Shown here one piece after another: positions 45,840-55,237 of a DNA stretch of 64,000 bases. The position numbers were made by a program, and so were the translations under genes. The notes under the pieces were generated by a model. It was not told where the DNA came from. It was given only the letters and a program-made list of their open reading frames with translations, and made no database searches. Source of the stretch: Kofleriaceae bacterium (GTDB taxonomy: Bacteria; Myxococcota_A; Polyangia; Haliangiales; Haliangiaceae); assembly GCA_965215005.1 (NCBI GenBank), contig CBDCCZ010000042.1, forward strand, positions 160,001 through 224,000, in the 5' to 3' direction. How positions within the stretch are numbered: the first letter of the stretch is position 1; each line of letters opens with the position of its first letter.

Positions 45840-47255
45840 ATGAACTTCGCGACCCCCTCGTTTCTGGGCTTCTTGCTGCTGGTCTACGTCCTGTACTGGC
45901 GACTCGGCCGGCGCGCGCAGAACGTTCTCTTGCTGGTCGCCAGCTTGTTCTTTTACGGCTACTGGGACTGGCGGTTCTTGCCGCTCATCCTCGGCTCCGG
46001 GCTCGTGGACTACGTCGTCGGCCTGCAGCTCGCCAAGACAGATGACAAGCGGCGTCGGCAACGATGGCTCGCGGTCTCGCTAGTCGCCAATCTCGGTACG
46101 CTGGGCGTTTTCAAGTACCTCGGGTTCCTCGTCGACAGCACCCAGAGCTTTCTGACGACGATCGGCCTCCACAGCAGCCCCTACTCGCTCGACATCATCC
46201 TGCCGCTCGGCATCTCCTTCTACACCTTTCAAACACTCAGCTACACCATCGATGTCTATCGGCGCACGCTCGAGCCCACCCGCGACCTCGTCCAGTTTCT
46301 CGCCTTCGTCACCTTCTTTCCCCAGCTCGTCGCGGGGCCCATCGAGCGCGCAAAAAACCTCCTCGAGCAGCTGGCCAAAAATCGGGCCTTTCACTGGAAT
46401 GCCGCTGCCGATGGCTGCCGACAGATGCTGTGGGGCTTCTTCAAGAAGATGGTCGTCGCCGATTCCCTGGCCGCCTACGTCGATGCCGCCTACGCCAATC
46501 CGGCGGCGACGACTGGTTGGCAGCTCACCTGGGCGACCTACTTCTTCGCCATTCAGATCTACTGCGACTTCTCGGGCTACTCAGACATCGCGATCGGCTG
46601 CGCCCGCCTCTTCGACTTCCGCTTGATGCGAAACTTCGCCTATCCCTACTTCGCCGTCGGCATCGCTGACTTCTGGCGGCGATGGCACATCTCTCTCACC
46701 ACCTGGTTTCGCGACTACGTCTACATTCCCCTGGGCGGCCGCCGCGTATCCCGCGGCACCTACGCGCGCAACATCTTCATCGTCTTTCTCTTGAGCGGTG
46801 TCTGGCACGGCGCCAACTGGACGTTCGTGATCTGGGGGCTGGTGCATTGGCTGCTGTTCATGGTCGCGCTCGGCTACGGTCGCTTGCGCCCAGCGCCTTC
46901 CACGCAGAGCAGGCTCGGCTACGGCCAGGCGCTGCTGCGCGCGCTCCTCATCTTTCACCTCGTCACCTTCGCGTGGATCTTTTTCCGCGCCAACAGTCTC
47001 ACCGATGCCGTCGTGGTGATCGACGGCATCGCTGCCGCGATCACCGGCGAAGCGATGGTGTTGCCGCCGCTGCGACTCGTCGCCGTTTGCGGGGCAATGC
47101 TCGCGGTCGAGTGGCTGCAGCGTAAGCGCGCCCATGGCCTCGACCTCGGGCGCTTGCGCGCTCCGCTTCGCTGGCTGATCTATTACGCCGTCCTCGCCAG
47201 CATCTTGCTGCTGAGCTCGCTGCAGACGGTCTCGTTCATCTACTTCCAGTTCTGA
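45840..47255 (+). CDS. MBOAT O-acyltransferase (AlgI/DltB-like)
   Basis: LPLGISFYTFQ, FFPQLVAGPI, DFSGYSD, FWRRWHISL, SGVWHGA, FIYFQF. Confidence 0.95.
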   Translation: MNFATPSFLGFLLLVYVLYWRLGRRAQNVLLLVASLFFYGYWDWRFLPLILGSGLVDYVVGLQLAKTDDKRRRQRWLAVSLVANLGTLGVFKYLGFLVDSTQSFLTTIGLHSSPYSLDIILPLGISFYTFQTLSYTIDVYRRTLEPTRDLVQFLAFVTFFPQLVAGPIERAKNLLEQLAKNRAFHWNAAADGCRQMLWGFFKKMVVADSLAAYVDAAYANPAATTGWQLTWATYFFAIQIYCDFSGYSDIAIGCARLFDFRLMRNFAYPYFAVGIADFWRRWHISLTTWFRDYVYIPLGGRRVSRGTYARNIFIVFLLSGVWHGANWTFVIWGLVHWLLFMVALGYGRLRPAPSTQSRLGYGQALLRALLIFHLVTFAWIFFRANSLTDAVVVIDGIAAAITGEAMVLPPLRLVAVCGAMLAVEWLQRKRAHGLDLGRLRAPLRWLIYYAVLASILLLSSLQTVSFIYFQF

Positions 47256-47262
47256 GGCGATC

Positions 47263-48591
47263 GTGACGAAACCCGGCCCCTACCGCTTCCTCGGCCGCGC
47301 CCTGCTGTTCTTGCTACCGGTGCTGCTCCTCCTCTCGCTCGCCGAGGCGATTCTGCTTCGCGGGCGCGAGATTTGGCCGGTCGACCAGGTGCTCGCCTAC
47401 CAAGCCAACCACCCGGATGCGCTGTTCTTGCGCCGCTTCATGACCCAGGAGCTGCAGCGCTACAAATACCGCGGGATCCTCGCAAATAACCCCGACATTG
47501 TGGTGTTGGGCTCGTCTCGGGTGATGCGGCTACGGGCGCTGATGTTCGGCCCCCACGCCAACGTCTACAACGCAGGAGGCATTCTGCAAGCCGCAGGCGA
47601 CCTCGAAGAGCTCGCGAAACGGCTTCCAGAGGCGTCGCTGCCGCGGGTGGCGCTGATAGGCGTCGACGAGTGGTGGCTCAGCGGCCGGTACGTTCCGGGG
47701 GCGGCGCCGCTTGCAGAAGCGCTCGAGCGCGAGCCGACGCGAGATTGGCAGGCGCATCTGCATGCGATCCGCAACCTCGTTCGCTATGCGAGCGCGCATT
47801 CGCGCTTCGTGACCAACGCGATGCGGGGTGTGCCGCCAGACGTCATTGGCTGGGCCGCGACCACCGGCAACGCGTTTCGCGCCGATGGCAGCCTTCATGA
47901 CACCTACGAGGTGCCAACCACCGCCGAAGAGTGGGTGTTTCGCGACCGCGAAGAGCCGCGGGTCGCCGAGCGCATTGACCGTAGTCTGCTGCAATTCGTG
48001 CGCACCAATCACGTCTCGATGGAGGCGCTCGCCAGCTTGCGCCGCGGCTTCGCGATGCTGCGCCGGCGCGGGGTCGCCGTCATCGCGTATCTGCCGCCGA
48101 TGTGCCGCGACATCCGCACCAAGCTGCGCAGCGATCCGGACTGGGCGATGTTCCTCGACGAGCTCGATGTTGCCCTGCCGCGATCACTACGCCGCCGCCG
48201 GATTCAGGACGCGGAAATCCGCCGCCCCGAGGCGGGGCAAGGGCGGCCGATTTCTGCTACTCACGCGCCCCCTTCGGCGTCTCCCCAAACGATTGTTGCT
48301 TGGCTACCGGCCGACCAAGCGCCCCTCTGGTTCGACTTCCGCGCGACCGAGAGCCTGGGCCTCGACGATCGGTATCTGGTCGATTGCCTCCATGCCGTGG
48401 AGACGTTTCACGTCCACATGCTGCGTCGCATGACGGCTGATCCTCGGGTCCGCGAGCTGCTTGGCGAGCTCGAAACCACCGCAGACGCGCTGCTAGCGGC
48501 GCCGAAAACCAACTTCTGGCACGTCGATGTCGAGGGCGCTGCAGCTGCCGCCGACGCGCCCTTCGACGAGATCGGCGAGCCGCAGCGCTAA
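47263..48591 (+). CDS. SGNH-like MBOAT partner protein carrying an in-frame repeat insertion
   Basis: N-terminal TM, GSSR block I, D-x-x-H (DCLH); 7 bp after the MBOAT stop. Confidence 0.75.
   Translation: MTKPGPYRFLGRALLFLLPVLLLLSLAEAILLRGREIWPVDQVLAYQANHPDALFLRRFMTQELQRYKYRGILANNPDIVVLGSSRVMRLRALMFGPHANVYNAGGILQAAGDLEELAKRLPEASLPRVALIGVDEWWLSGRYVPGAAPLAEALEREPTRDWQAHLHAIRNLVRYASAHSRFVTNAMRGVPPDVIGWAATTGNAFRADGSLHDTYEVPTTAEEWVFRDREEPRVAERIDRSLLQFVRTNHVSMEALASLRRGFAMLRRRGVAVIAYLPPMCRDIRTKLRSDPDWAMFLDELDVALPRSLRRRRIQDAEIRRPEAGQGRPISATHAPPSASPQTIVAWLPADQAPLWFDFRATESLGLDDRYLVDCLHAVETFHVHMLRRMTADPRVRELLGELETTADALLAAPKTNFWHVDVEGAAAAADAPFDEIGEPQR
48189..48310 (+). repeat. Dispersed palindromic repeat copy, in frame inside CDS
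   Basis: 110/122 identity to 13477-13598; encodes RRRRIQDAEIRRPEAGQGRPISATHAPPSASPQTIVAWLP. Confidence 0.93.
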
Positions 48592-48616
48592 CGCTCGGTC
48601 ACCCGCTCGGGAAGGG

Positions 48617-48767
48617 AAAACCACCCGCACCTGCGGCGGGTTACGTTGGCGCGATGTTATGAACTGAGGCGACGTGCTCTGAGTTCGCCTCGTCTCTAAG
48701 CTGAAGTCCCCCTGGCCGAATAGCGAAAACCAGTGTACCTGCGGCAGGTTACGCTGGTTTCGCTATT
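48617..48767. other. Structured intergenic region with a duplicated motif and long hairpins
   Basis: AAAACCA..ACCTGCGGCRGGTTACGYTGG at 48617 and 48726; long imperfect stem 48719-48767; GAGGCGA/TCGCCTC stem 48666-48691. Confidence 0.55.
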
Positions 48768-48891
48768 ACGGTTCTGTCTACCGGGTGATGGAGCGTAGGA
48801 GTTCGGCTGCCTCTTGTTGAACGGGGGTGGGGATCGTATCGAGTGCGAACGACGGCTCGTTGGGGCCGGCGTCGGCGCGGTATGGTGGGCC

Positions 48892-50169
48892 GTGCACTCG
48901 CTCGCCCTCCGGTGCCTGGTGGCGTTCGCGCTCTTGACGAGCTGCCAGGGCGAGGATCTCATCATTGATACCTTCCCGATCCGCTTTGAGCGCAGTACCG
49001 GGCCGGTGCTGCTCGCGGCCACCGTTGGTGCTCCGCTCGGCACCGAGCCCGGCGACGCGCGGCCGGCCCCCGGCGAGCCGTTTTGGCTCAGTATCGACAC
49101 CCTGTCGCCGGTCTCGGTGGTCGATCCATTGGTGCTGTCGGGCGAGCTCGAGCCGGTGCGACGGCGCGACTTGAGCCTCACCCTGATCGCCCCTGCCGAC
49201 GCCGAGCTAGCCGCGGTGCCGCGGGCCCGGCTCGACTCCACCCAGCTCCTCGCGCTCCACCCATGCGCGGCATCCTCCGAGCTTTGCGAGCTAGGCACCG
49301 GCGACAACCGGCGGCCCATCGGCGCGATTTTGGGCGCCGACTTGCTCAGTCGAAACGCTCTGCGAGTGGATTTTGCTGCCAGCGAGCTGCGCTTCTTGCC
49401 CGATGTCTCCGGCAACGAAGCCGCTCGCGGCCGCGCCTGTGAAGCGGTGTTTTCCAATCCCTTTCGCGGCGGCGGCACCCTGCGCATTGGCGGCGCCGAG
49501 GTGCCCTACTCCGGTCGCCGCATCGCGGTCGGCAGCTGCGCCGCCTACGACCCCGACGCCACCACCACGGTGCGTCGCGGCGTCGACCTGATGCTCATCC
49601 TCTCCACTGGCACCGGCAGCACCCTCTTGAGTGAGAGCGGCTACGCGCGCTATCGGCTGCAGCGTCCCGAAGCGCCGGCGCTCGAGACGCTGCCAACGAC
49701 CACGGTGTGGCTGCCTTCCGGCCCCGTTCCCGCGCGCCTCGGCACCATCGAGGAGCTTGCCCTGGTGAGCGAGCTGTCGACCGAGCGGGGGCCGTGCCAG
49801 GAGCTCTACGCCAATCAGGTGATGCGCGGCGGCGGCTGCGACCAACCCGGCGCAACCTGCGTTTGCACCTCCAATGACGACACCTTCTGCCGCACCGGGT
49901 CCGCCGTCGAGCCCGCGATGGGCGAGCCGCTCGAGGTCGCCATCATCGCCGACGACAGCCGTGTCCTCCAGGCGCTGCGCAACGAGCTGCGCCCGGCGCT
50001 TCCCGAGGTCGATGGCATCCTCGGCACCCGCGCGCTCGCCAAGCTCGCCGTCGATATCGACTATCCGCATGCCCGCGTCATCATGCGCTGCGCCGATGCG
50101 GGCTGCCGCATTCATCCCGCGGTCCTCGGCAAGCAGAGCCTGCCCTACATCGCGCAATGCGCGCCGTAG
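48892..50169 (+). CDS. Lipoprotein with a possible degenerate two-lobed aspartyl-protease-like fold
   Basis: Lipobox LTSC; SIDTLS...AILGADLL and ILSTGTG...GILGTRAL; Cys-rich inserts. Confidence 0.6.
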   Translation: MHSLALRCLVAFALLTSCQGEDLIIDTFPIRFERSTGPVLLAATVGAPLGTEPGDARPAPGEPFWLSIDTLSPVSVVDPLVLSGELEPVRRRDLSLTLIAPADAELAAVPRARLDSTQLLALHPCAASSELCELGTGDNRRPIGAILGADLLSRNALRVDFAASELRFLPDVSGNEAARGRACEAVFSNPFRGGGTLRIGGAEVPYSGRRIAVGSCAAYDPDATTTVRRGVDLMLILSTGTGSTLLSESGYARYRLQRPEAPALETLPTTTVWLPSGPVPARLGTIEELALVSELSTERGPCQELYANQVMRGGGCDQPGATCVCTSNDDTFCRTGSAVEPAMGEPLEVAIIADDSRVLQALRNELRPALPEVDGILGTRALAKLAVDIDYPHARVIMRCADAGCRIHPAVLGKQSLPYIAQCAP

Positions 50170-50393
50170 CCGCCAAGCGGCGGATGCCGTGGAGCCAGCC
50201 GGGCGTCGCTGTCGCGCAAGCCTTGGCGGTGAGCGCCGCGGTGGCAGCGGCTGTGGTAGCTTCAAGCAACCGTCGCCGCGCGCAGCTCACGATGACCGGT
50301 CTCGATTCTCGCCTCGACACCCGCCCCCGCCGCCGGCTTCCGCTCGGTCCGTGGCGGCCCAGCCGAGCCTGAGCGGCACGGCGCCCAGCGCCC

Positions 50394-51056
50394 ATGGAGT
50401 GGTTCCCGCTCAAGCTCTCGTTTCAGGTCGCCGCCATCTCCACGGTGATCTCGGTGCTGCTCGGCGTCGGTCTGGCAACGCTGCTGGCGACCCGCCGGTT
50501 CTTCGGCCGCGAGCTGCTCGATGCGCTGGTCACCGCGCCGCTGGTGCTACCACCGACGGTCCTTGGCTACTACGTGCTCGTCGCCCTCGGCCGTCGTAGC
50601 GCGGTCGGCCAGCTGTGGGAAGAGGTGTTCGGCTCGCCCATCGTCTTCACCGTCACCGGCGCGGTGGTCGCGGCCACGATCGGCGCGCTGCCGCTGGTCA
50701 TCAAGAGCGCCCGCGCCGCCCTCGAAGGCGTCGATCCAACGCTCGTGCGCGCAGCACGAACCCTCGGCGCCGGTCCCGTGCGCGCCTTCTTCACGGTGAC
50801 CTTGCCACTGGCAGCACCGGGCACCATCGCCGGTGCAATGCTGGGCTTTGCCAAGAGCCTTGGCGACTTTGGCGTCACCCTGATGGTCGCCGGCGACATT
50901 CCCGGCGAGACCCAAACCGCCTCGCTTTTCATCTACGACGCCATTCAAGCCAACAAAGAGGCCCAAGCGCAGGGCATGATCGCGGTGCTCTCCGGCATCG
51001 CTATCGTCACTCTGTATGCAGTCAACAAGCTCACCCGAAGCGACCGTGTCCTCTAA
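50394..51056 (+). CDS. modB: Molybdate ABC transporter permease
   Basis: PLVLPPTVLGY, AARTLGA, LGDFGVTLMVAGDIPGETQT. Confidence 0.92.
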   Translation: MEWFPLKLSFQVAAISTVISVLLGVGLATLLATRRFFGRELLDALVTAPLVLPPTVLGYYVLVALGRRSAVGQLWEEVFGSPIVFTVTGAVVAATIGALPLVIKSARAALEGVDPTLVRAARTLGAGPVRAFFTVTLPLAAPGTIAGAMLGFAKSLGDFGVTLMVAGDIPGETQTASLFIYDAIQANKEAQAQGMIAVLSGIAIVTLYAVNKLTRSDRVL

Positions 51057-51834
51057 CGGTCCTCTGCGCGTGCGGGTCAAGCTCCACCGTCAGGGCCACC
51101 GCGATGGTGGCGGGCGCGCGGCTCCCTTCGAGCTCGACGTCGAGCTCGAGGCGCCGCCGGGCATCACCATCTTGTTCGGCCGCTCGGGCTCCGGCAAGAG
51201 CACGATCCTGCAGGCCATCGCCGGTCTGGTGCGCCCCGATGCCGGCCGCATTGCGCTCGGCGAGGAGGTCTGGTTCGACGGCAGCACGCGCACCGATCGG
51301 CCGGTGCACACCCGCCACGTCGCGTACGTGTTTCAGTCGCTGGCGCTGTTTCCTCATCTCACCGCGCTCGGCAACGTCGGCTACGGCATGCCCAAAGGCA
51401 TGTCGCGTAGCGAACGAAACGATCGGGCCGGGGCGTTGCTCGAGCGCGTCGGCGTGCGCCACTTGGCGCGGCGCAAGCCACCGACCTATTCCGGCGGTGA
51501 GGCACAGCGCGTCGCACTGGCGCGCGCGTTGGCCATGTCGCCGCGCGTGGTGCTCCTCGACGAGCCGTTTTCGGCGCTCGACCGCGAGCTGCGCATTCAG
51601 CTTGCAGGCTTGGTTCGCGAGCTCGTCGACGAGTATCACCTGCCCCTGTTGCAGGTCACCCACAACCACGGTGAGGCGCGCGCGCTGGGCGACTGGGTCA
51701 TCCGTCTCGATGACGGCAAGGTAGTCGAGCGCGGCGGCGTCGCGGAGATCCTCGGCGAGACCCGGCGCTCGCCTGCGCAGCCGCGCATGGATGACATCGG
51801 CCGCACCCCAATGCCGCAGCTGCGTCGGCGCTAA
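51046..51834 (+). CDS. modC: Molybdate ABC transporter ATPase
   Basis: GRSGSGKS, LFPHL, SGGEAQR, LLDEPFSALD, VTH. Confidence 0.88.
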   Translation: MSSNGPLRVRVKLHRQGHRDGGGRAAPFELDVELEAPPGITILFGRSGSGKSTILQAIAGLVRPDAGRIALGEEVWFDGSTRTDRPVHTRHVAYVFQSLALFPHLTALGNVGYGMPKGMSRSERNDRAGALLERVGVRHLARRKPPTYSGGEAQRVALARALAMSPRVVLLDEPFSALDRELRIQLAGLVRELVDEYHLPLLQVTHNHGEARALGDWVIRLDDGKVVERGGVAEILGETRRSPAQPRMDDIGRTPMPQLRRR

Positions 51835-51870
51835 GCGATGCGCAGCAGGCGTTTTCGAGGCCAGATTTCC

Positions 51871-51905
51871 AGCCTCTAGCCTCTAGCCTCTAGCCTCTAG
51901 CCTCT
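51871..51905. repeat. Heptamer tandem repeat (AGCCTCT)x5
   Basis: Five perfect units between convergent modC and aroA; the last overlaps the aroA stop. Confidence 0.95.
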
Positions 51906-53241
51906 ACGCGTCGCGGATGTCGGCGCCCAGCGAGCGCAGCAGCGCAGCAAAGCTCGGAAATGACGTCGCAACGTTGTCGGCGTCTTCGATGCGGCTCTCG
52001 CCGTCAGCAACCAGCGCTGCGACCGCCGCCGCCATAGCGATGCGATGATCACCGGCGGCATCCACCCGCGCAGCGCGCAGCGGCCCCTCTTGACCATGGA
52101 CGAGCAGCCCGGCCGGTTGCTCTTCGACGCGCACGCCAAAGGCGCGCAACATGGCCGCGGTGGTGGCGATCCGATCGGATTCCTTGACCCGCAGCTCCTG
52201 CGCATCGCGAAACCGCGTGACGCCGCGCGCCCGCGCCGCGACCACCGCCAAGATCGGCAGCTCGTCGATGGCCCGCACCGTGAGCGCCCCCGCGACCTCG
52301 GTGGCGACCAGCGCATCCCCGGCACCACGACTGACAGTGAGATCGGCGGTGGGCTCACCGGTTCCTGCATTGCGAGCCTGCTTCTCGACGCGCGCGCCCA
52401 TGGCCGCCAATGCGTCGAGGAACCCGGTTCTGGTGGGATTGACGCAGACGTCGGCCACGGTGACCCGCTCCGCGCCCACCAGCAGCGCCGCAGCAATGAC
52501 GAAGGCCGCAGACGATGGATCGCCGGGCACCGCGAGTCGCTCGACGCGCAGCTGCCGCTGCCAGTTGCGTGGATCGATTTCCAGGACGCCATCGCGCACC
52601 TGCAGCGGCGCGCCCAAGTGCAAGAGCATGCGCTCGGTGTGATCGCGGCTGGGACCGGGCTCGGAGACCCGCGTGACGCCGCGGGCGTACAAAGCGGCCA
52701 AAACGATCGCGCTCTTTACCTGCGCCGAAGCCATCGGCAACGCGTAGTCGATGCCCTGGAGCTCGCGGCCGTGCACCACGAGCGGCGGGTACAGCTCGCC
52801 AGTTTTCTGGCCTTTGGCGCCTTCGAAGCGGGCGCCCATTTGGCCCAGCGGCTCGCTCACCCGCCCCATAGGTCGACTCGAAAGCGACGCATCACCGACC
52901 AGCTCGGTGGTGAAACGTTGACCCGCCAACAGGCCCGCTAGCAGCCGCATGGTGGTACCGGAGTTGCCGCAGTCGATCGCTTCGGTCGGCACGCTCAGCC
53001 CATCGACGCCAACGCCATGGACGATCAGCTCATCGCCCTCACGCGCGAGCTCGACGCCGAGCTGCGCAATGGCTTTGCCGGTGCGGCCGTTGTCGGCGCC
53101 GGCTGAAAGGCCGGAGATTCGGACCGAGCCCGAGCACAGCGCCGCAAACAGCAGCGCGCGGTGGCCAATGGACTTATCGCCGGGCACGCAGACGTGACCG
53201 AGCAGCGGCCGGGTAGCCGGCGCAACCAGCAATGCGCTCAT
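51904..53241 (-). CDS. aroA: 3-phosphoshikimate 1-carboxyvinyltransferase
   Basis: PGDKSIGHR, GNSGTTMR, SAQVKSA, RDHTE, ELRVKESDRI, DHRIAM. Confidence 0.97.
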   Translation of the reverse strand: MSALLVAPATRPLLGHVCVPGDKSIGHRALLFAALCSGSVRISGLSAGADNGRTGKAIAQLGVELAREGDELIVHGVGVDGLSVPTEAIDCGNSGTTMRLLAGLLAGQRFTTELVGDASLSSRPMGRVSEPLGQMGARFEGAKGQKTGELYPPLVVHGRELQGIDYALPMASAQVKSAIVLAALYARGVTRVSEPGPSRDHTERMLLHLGAPLQVRDGVLEIDPRNWQRQLRVERLAVPGDPSSAAFVIAAALLVGAERVTVADVCVNPTRTGFLDALAAMGARVEKQARNAGTGEPTADLTVSRGAGDALVATEVAGALTVRAIDELPILAVVAARARGVTRFRDAQELRVKESDRIATTAAMLRAFGVRVEEQPAGLLVHGQEGPLRAARVDAAGDHRIAMAAAVAALVADGESRIEDADNVATSFPSFAALLRSLGADIRDA

Positions 53242-54125
53242 GAATCGCCCTCCTTGGGCTCGGGACCTAGCGCTTGCTGCATCCGGCGGGACAAGCGCTC
53301 GAGGCGGCTCGGACCAATCACCAACACCGCACGCGCGCCCGCACCGACTTGCGCGACCTCCATCCGACCGATGGCTTGTGCAACTAACAGCGCGCGGCTC
53401 CAGGGCTGCCGCGCTGCCTGCGCGCGCCAGGCCTGAGCGGCAGACGCCAGCGCGGCGCCGTCGCGGGTCTGGGTACCGGACATCAACGCGATGATCGCCA
53501 AATCATCGGCCACGTCGCCCCAGACCGCGAACGTCACCGGAACCGCATCCAAGTCGAACATGCTCGCCAGCCCAACGCGAGCATCAAAGTCGAGCCGCGC
53601 CGCGATGCGCAGCGCCGCGCCGGTGGCTGCCTCGGGCATGGCGGTGGCGCGAATCTCTGCCAGCTCAACGTCGTCGGCCAGCGGCTCGCGCGCGCCGGAG
53701 CGGACCTTCTGCACCTCTTCGAGCAGCGCCGGCGGCCCCAGCGCGCGAACGCCGTCGGCAAGGGGCAAGCCGCCTGACAGGGACACCTCGCCGCCCGAGA
53801 CCAGCGTTAGCGTGACGGCTTCAGGCGCGCCGACGTCGTAGGAGGCAAGCAGCACCGCGTCGGCATCGCGGAGCACGTTGAACTCCTCGCCGAACGCCCT
53901 CGCCTGCTGCCCGACCAGCGCCACGGTTGGTCCCACCACCGGATTGGCGCGCAGGCGCGCGAGGTCGAGCTCTAGCACCACGTCGGCGCCCGCCGGCGCA
54001 TAGGCCATGAGCATGTCGCCCACCGTCGCCGCACGCAGCGGCAGTAGCGGGGTCGTTGGCGGCAGTGGCCGACCTTCGCCGCCGCAGGCGACTAGCACCA
54101 TCAAGACGAGTGCGCCGCGGCTCAT
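53238..54125 (-). CDS. Hypothetical lipoprotein within the aromatic amino acid operon
   Basis: Lipobox LVAC; ATGA overlaps at both ends. Confidence 0.75.
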   Translation of the reverse strand: MSRGALVLMVLVACGGEGRPLPPTTPLLPLRAATVGDMLMAYAPAGADVVLELDLARLRANPVVGPTVALVGQQARAFGEEFNVLRDADAVLLASYDVGAPEAVTLTLVSGGEVSLSGGLPLADGVRALGPPALLEEVQKVRSGAREPLADDVELAEIRATAMPEAATGAALRIAARLDFDARVGLASMFDLDAVPVTFAVWGDVADDLAIIALMSGTQTRDGAALASAAQAWRAQAARQPWSRALLVAQAIGRMEVAQVGAGARAVLVIGPSRLERLSRRMQQALGPEPKEGDS

Positions 54126-55237
54126 GCGAGGAGCTCGGCGAGGGTGCGCGCCGCTCGCTCGCTCTCAGCGGGCGTTCCCACCGAGATGCGGATGTGCTGC
54201 GGCAGCCCCCAAGCGCGCATCGGCCGCACGATCACGCCGCGTCGCAACAGCGCCTCGTAGAGCGGCTCGGGATCACGAGCCACGTCGATGAGGACGAAGT
54301 TGGTCAGCGACGGGTAAGCGCGGAGCCCCAGGCTCGCGACCGCGCCGCTCAGCGCCGCGATACCGGTGCGCGCGGCATCGGCCGAGCGCTGCAGGTGGGC
54401 ATCATCATCGAGTGCTGCCAGCGCCGCCGCCTGCGCGACCAAGCTGGTGTTGAAGGGACGCCGCACCCGATTGAGGTACTCGACGACGCGCGCATCGCCA
54501 ACGCCGTAGCCGATACGCAATCCAGCCAGACCGTGAATCTTTGAAAACGTGCGCAGCGTGAGTAGCGCCGGCCGCGCTTCACTGCGATAGGTCATCGACT
54601 GCGGATACGCCGCGCCACTGGCCACCGCGTACTCGTGATAGGCCTCATCGACCACCAGCAAGGCGCGCTCGGGCAGTGCCTCGAGAAGCCGCTCGAACGC
54701 CGCGGGCTCGACGTGACGACCCGTGGGATTGTTGGGATTGGCGAGAAACACCAGCTTGGTGCGCGGGGTGATCGCGGCGATGAGCGCGTCGATGTCGCAC
54801 GCCAAATCGCCGGTGACCGGCGCCGACGCGAAGTCCACGCCAAAGGCCATCGCCGCGAGCCGGTAGCTGATGAAGGCGTAGTCGTGCGTCACGACCTGAT
54901 CGAGCCCGGGCTGACAGAACGCTTGGATCGCGAGATAGATGAGCTCATTCGAGCCAGCACCAAACACCAGCTCATCGGGGCGCACCTCGAGCCGCTGGGC
55001 GAGCGCGCGACGCAGCGTGAACACGCCGCCGTCGGGATAGCGATGGACATTGCTGGCTGCGCTCTCGATGGCAGCGATGGCGCGTGGCGAGGGCCCCATC
55101 GGGTTCTCGTTAGAGGCGAGCTTGATCGCACCGGTGATGCCGAGCTCGCGCTCGAGCTCTTCCACCGGCTTGCCCGGCTGATAGGCCTGTAGAGTGCGGA
55201 TGTTGTCGCGAGGAAGGGTTTCGAGGAACGAGCTCAT
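54122..55237 (-). CDS. hisC: Histidinol-phosphate/aromatic aminotransferase
   Basis: KLASNENP, NPNNPTG, DEAY, RTFSKIHGLAGLRIGY. Confidence 0.95.
   Translation of the reverse strand: MSSFLETLPRDNIRTLQAYQPGKPVEELERELGITGAIKLASNENPMGPSPRAIAAIESAASNVHRYPDGGVFTLRRALAQRLEVRPDELVFGAGSNELIYLAIQAFCQPGLDQVVTHDYAFISYRLAAMAFGVDFASAPVTGDLACDIDALIAAITPRTKLVFLANPNNPTGRHVEPAAFERLLEALPERALLVVDEAYHEYAVASGAAYPQSMTYRSEARPALLTLRTFSKIHGLAGLRIGYGVGDARVVEYLNRVRRPFNTSLVAQAAALAALDDDAHLQRSADAARTGIAALSGAVASLGLRAYPSLTNFVLIDVARDPEPLYEALLRRGVIVRPMRAWGLPQHIRISVGTPAESERAARTLAELLA

Noticed and set aside
50157..50372. 71-aa ORF upstream of modB as a modA remnant
   Set aside because: No ModA-like motifs and far too short.
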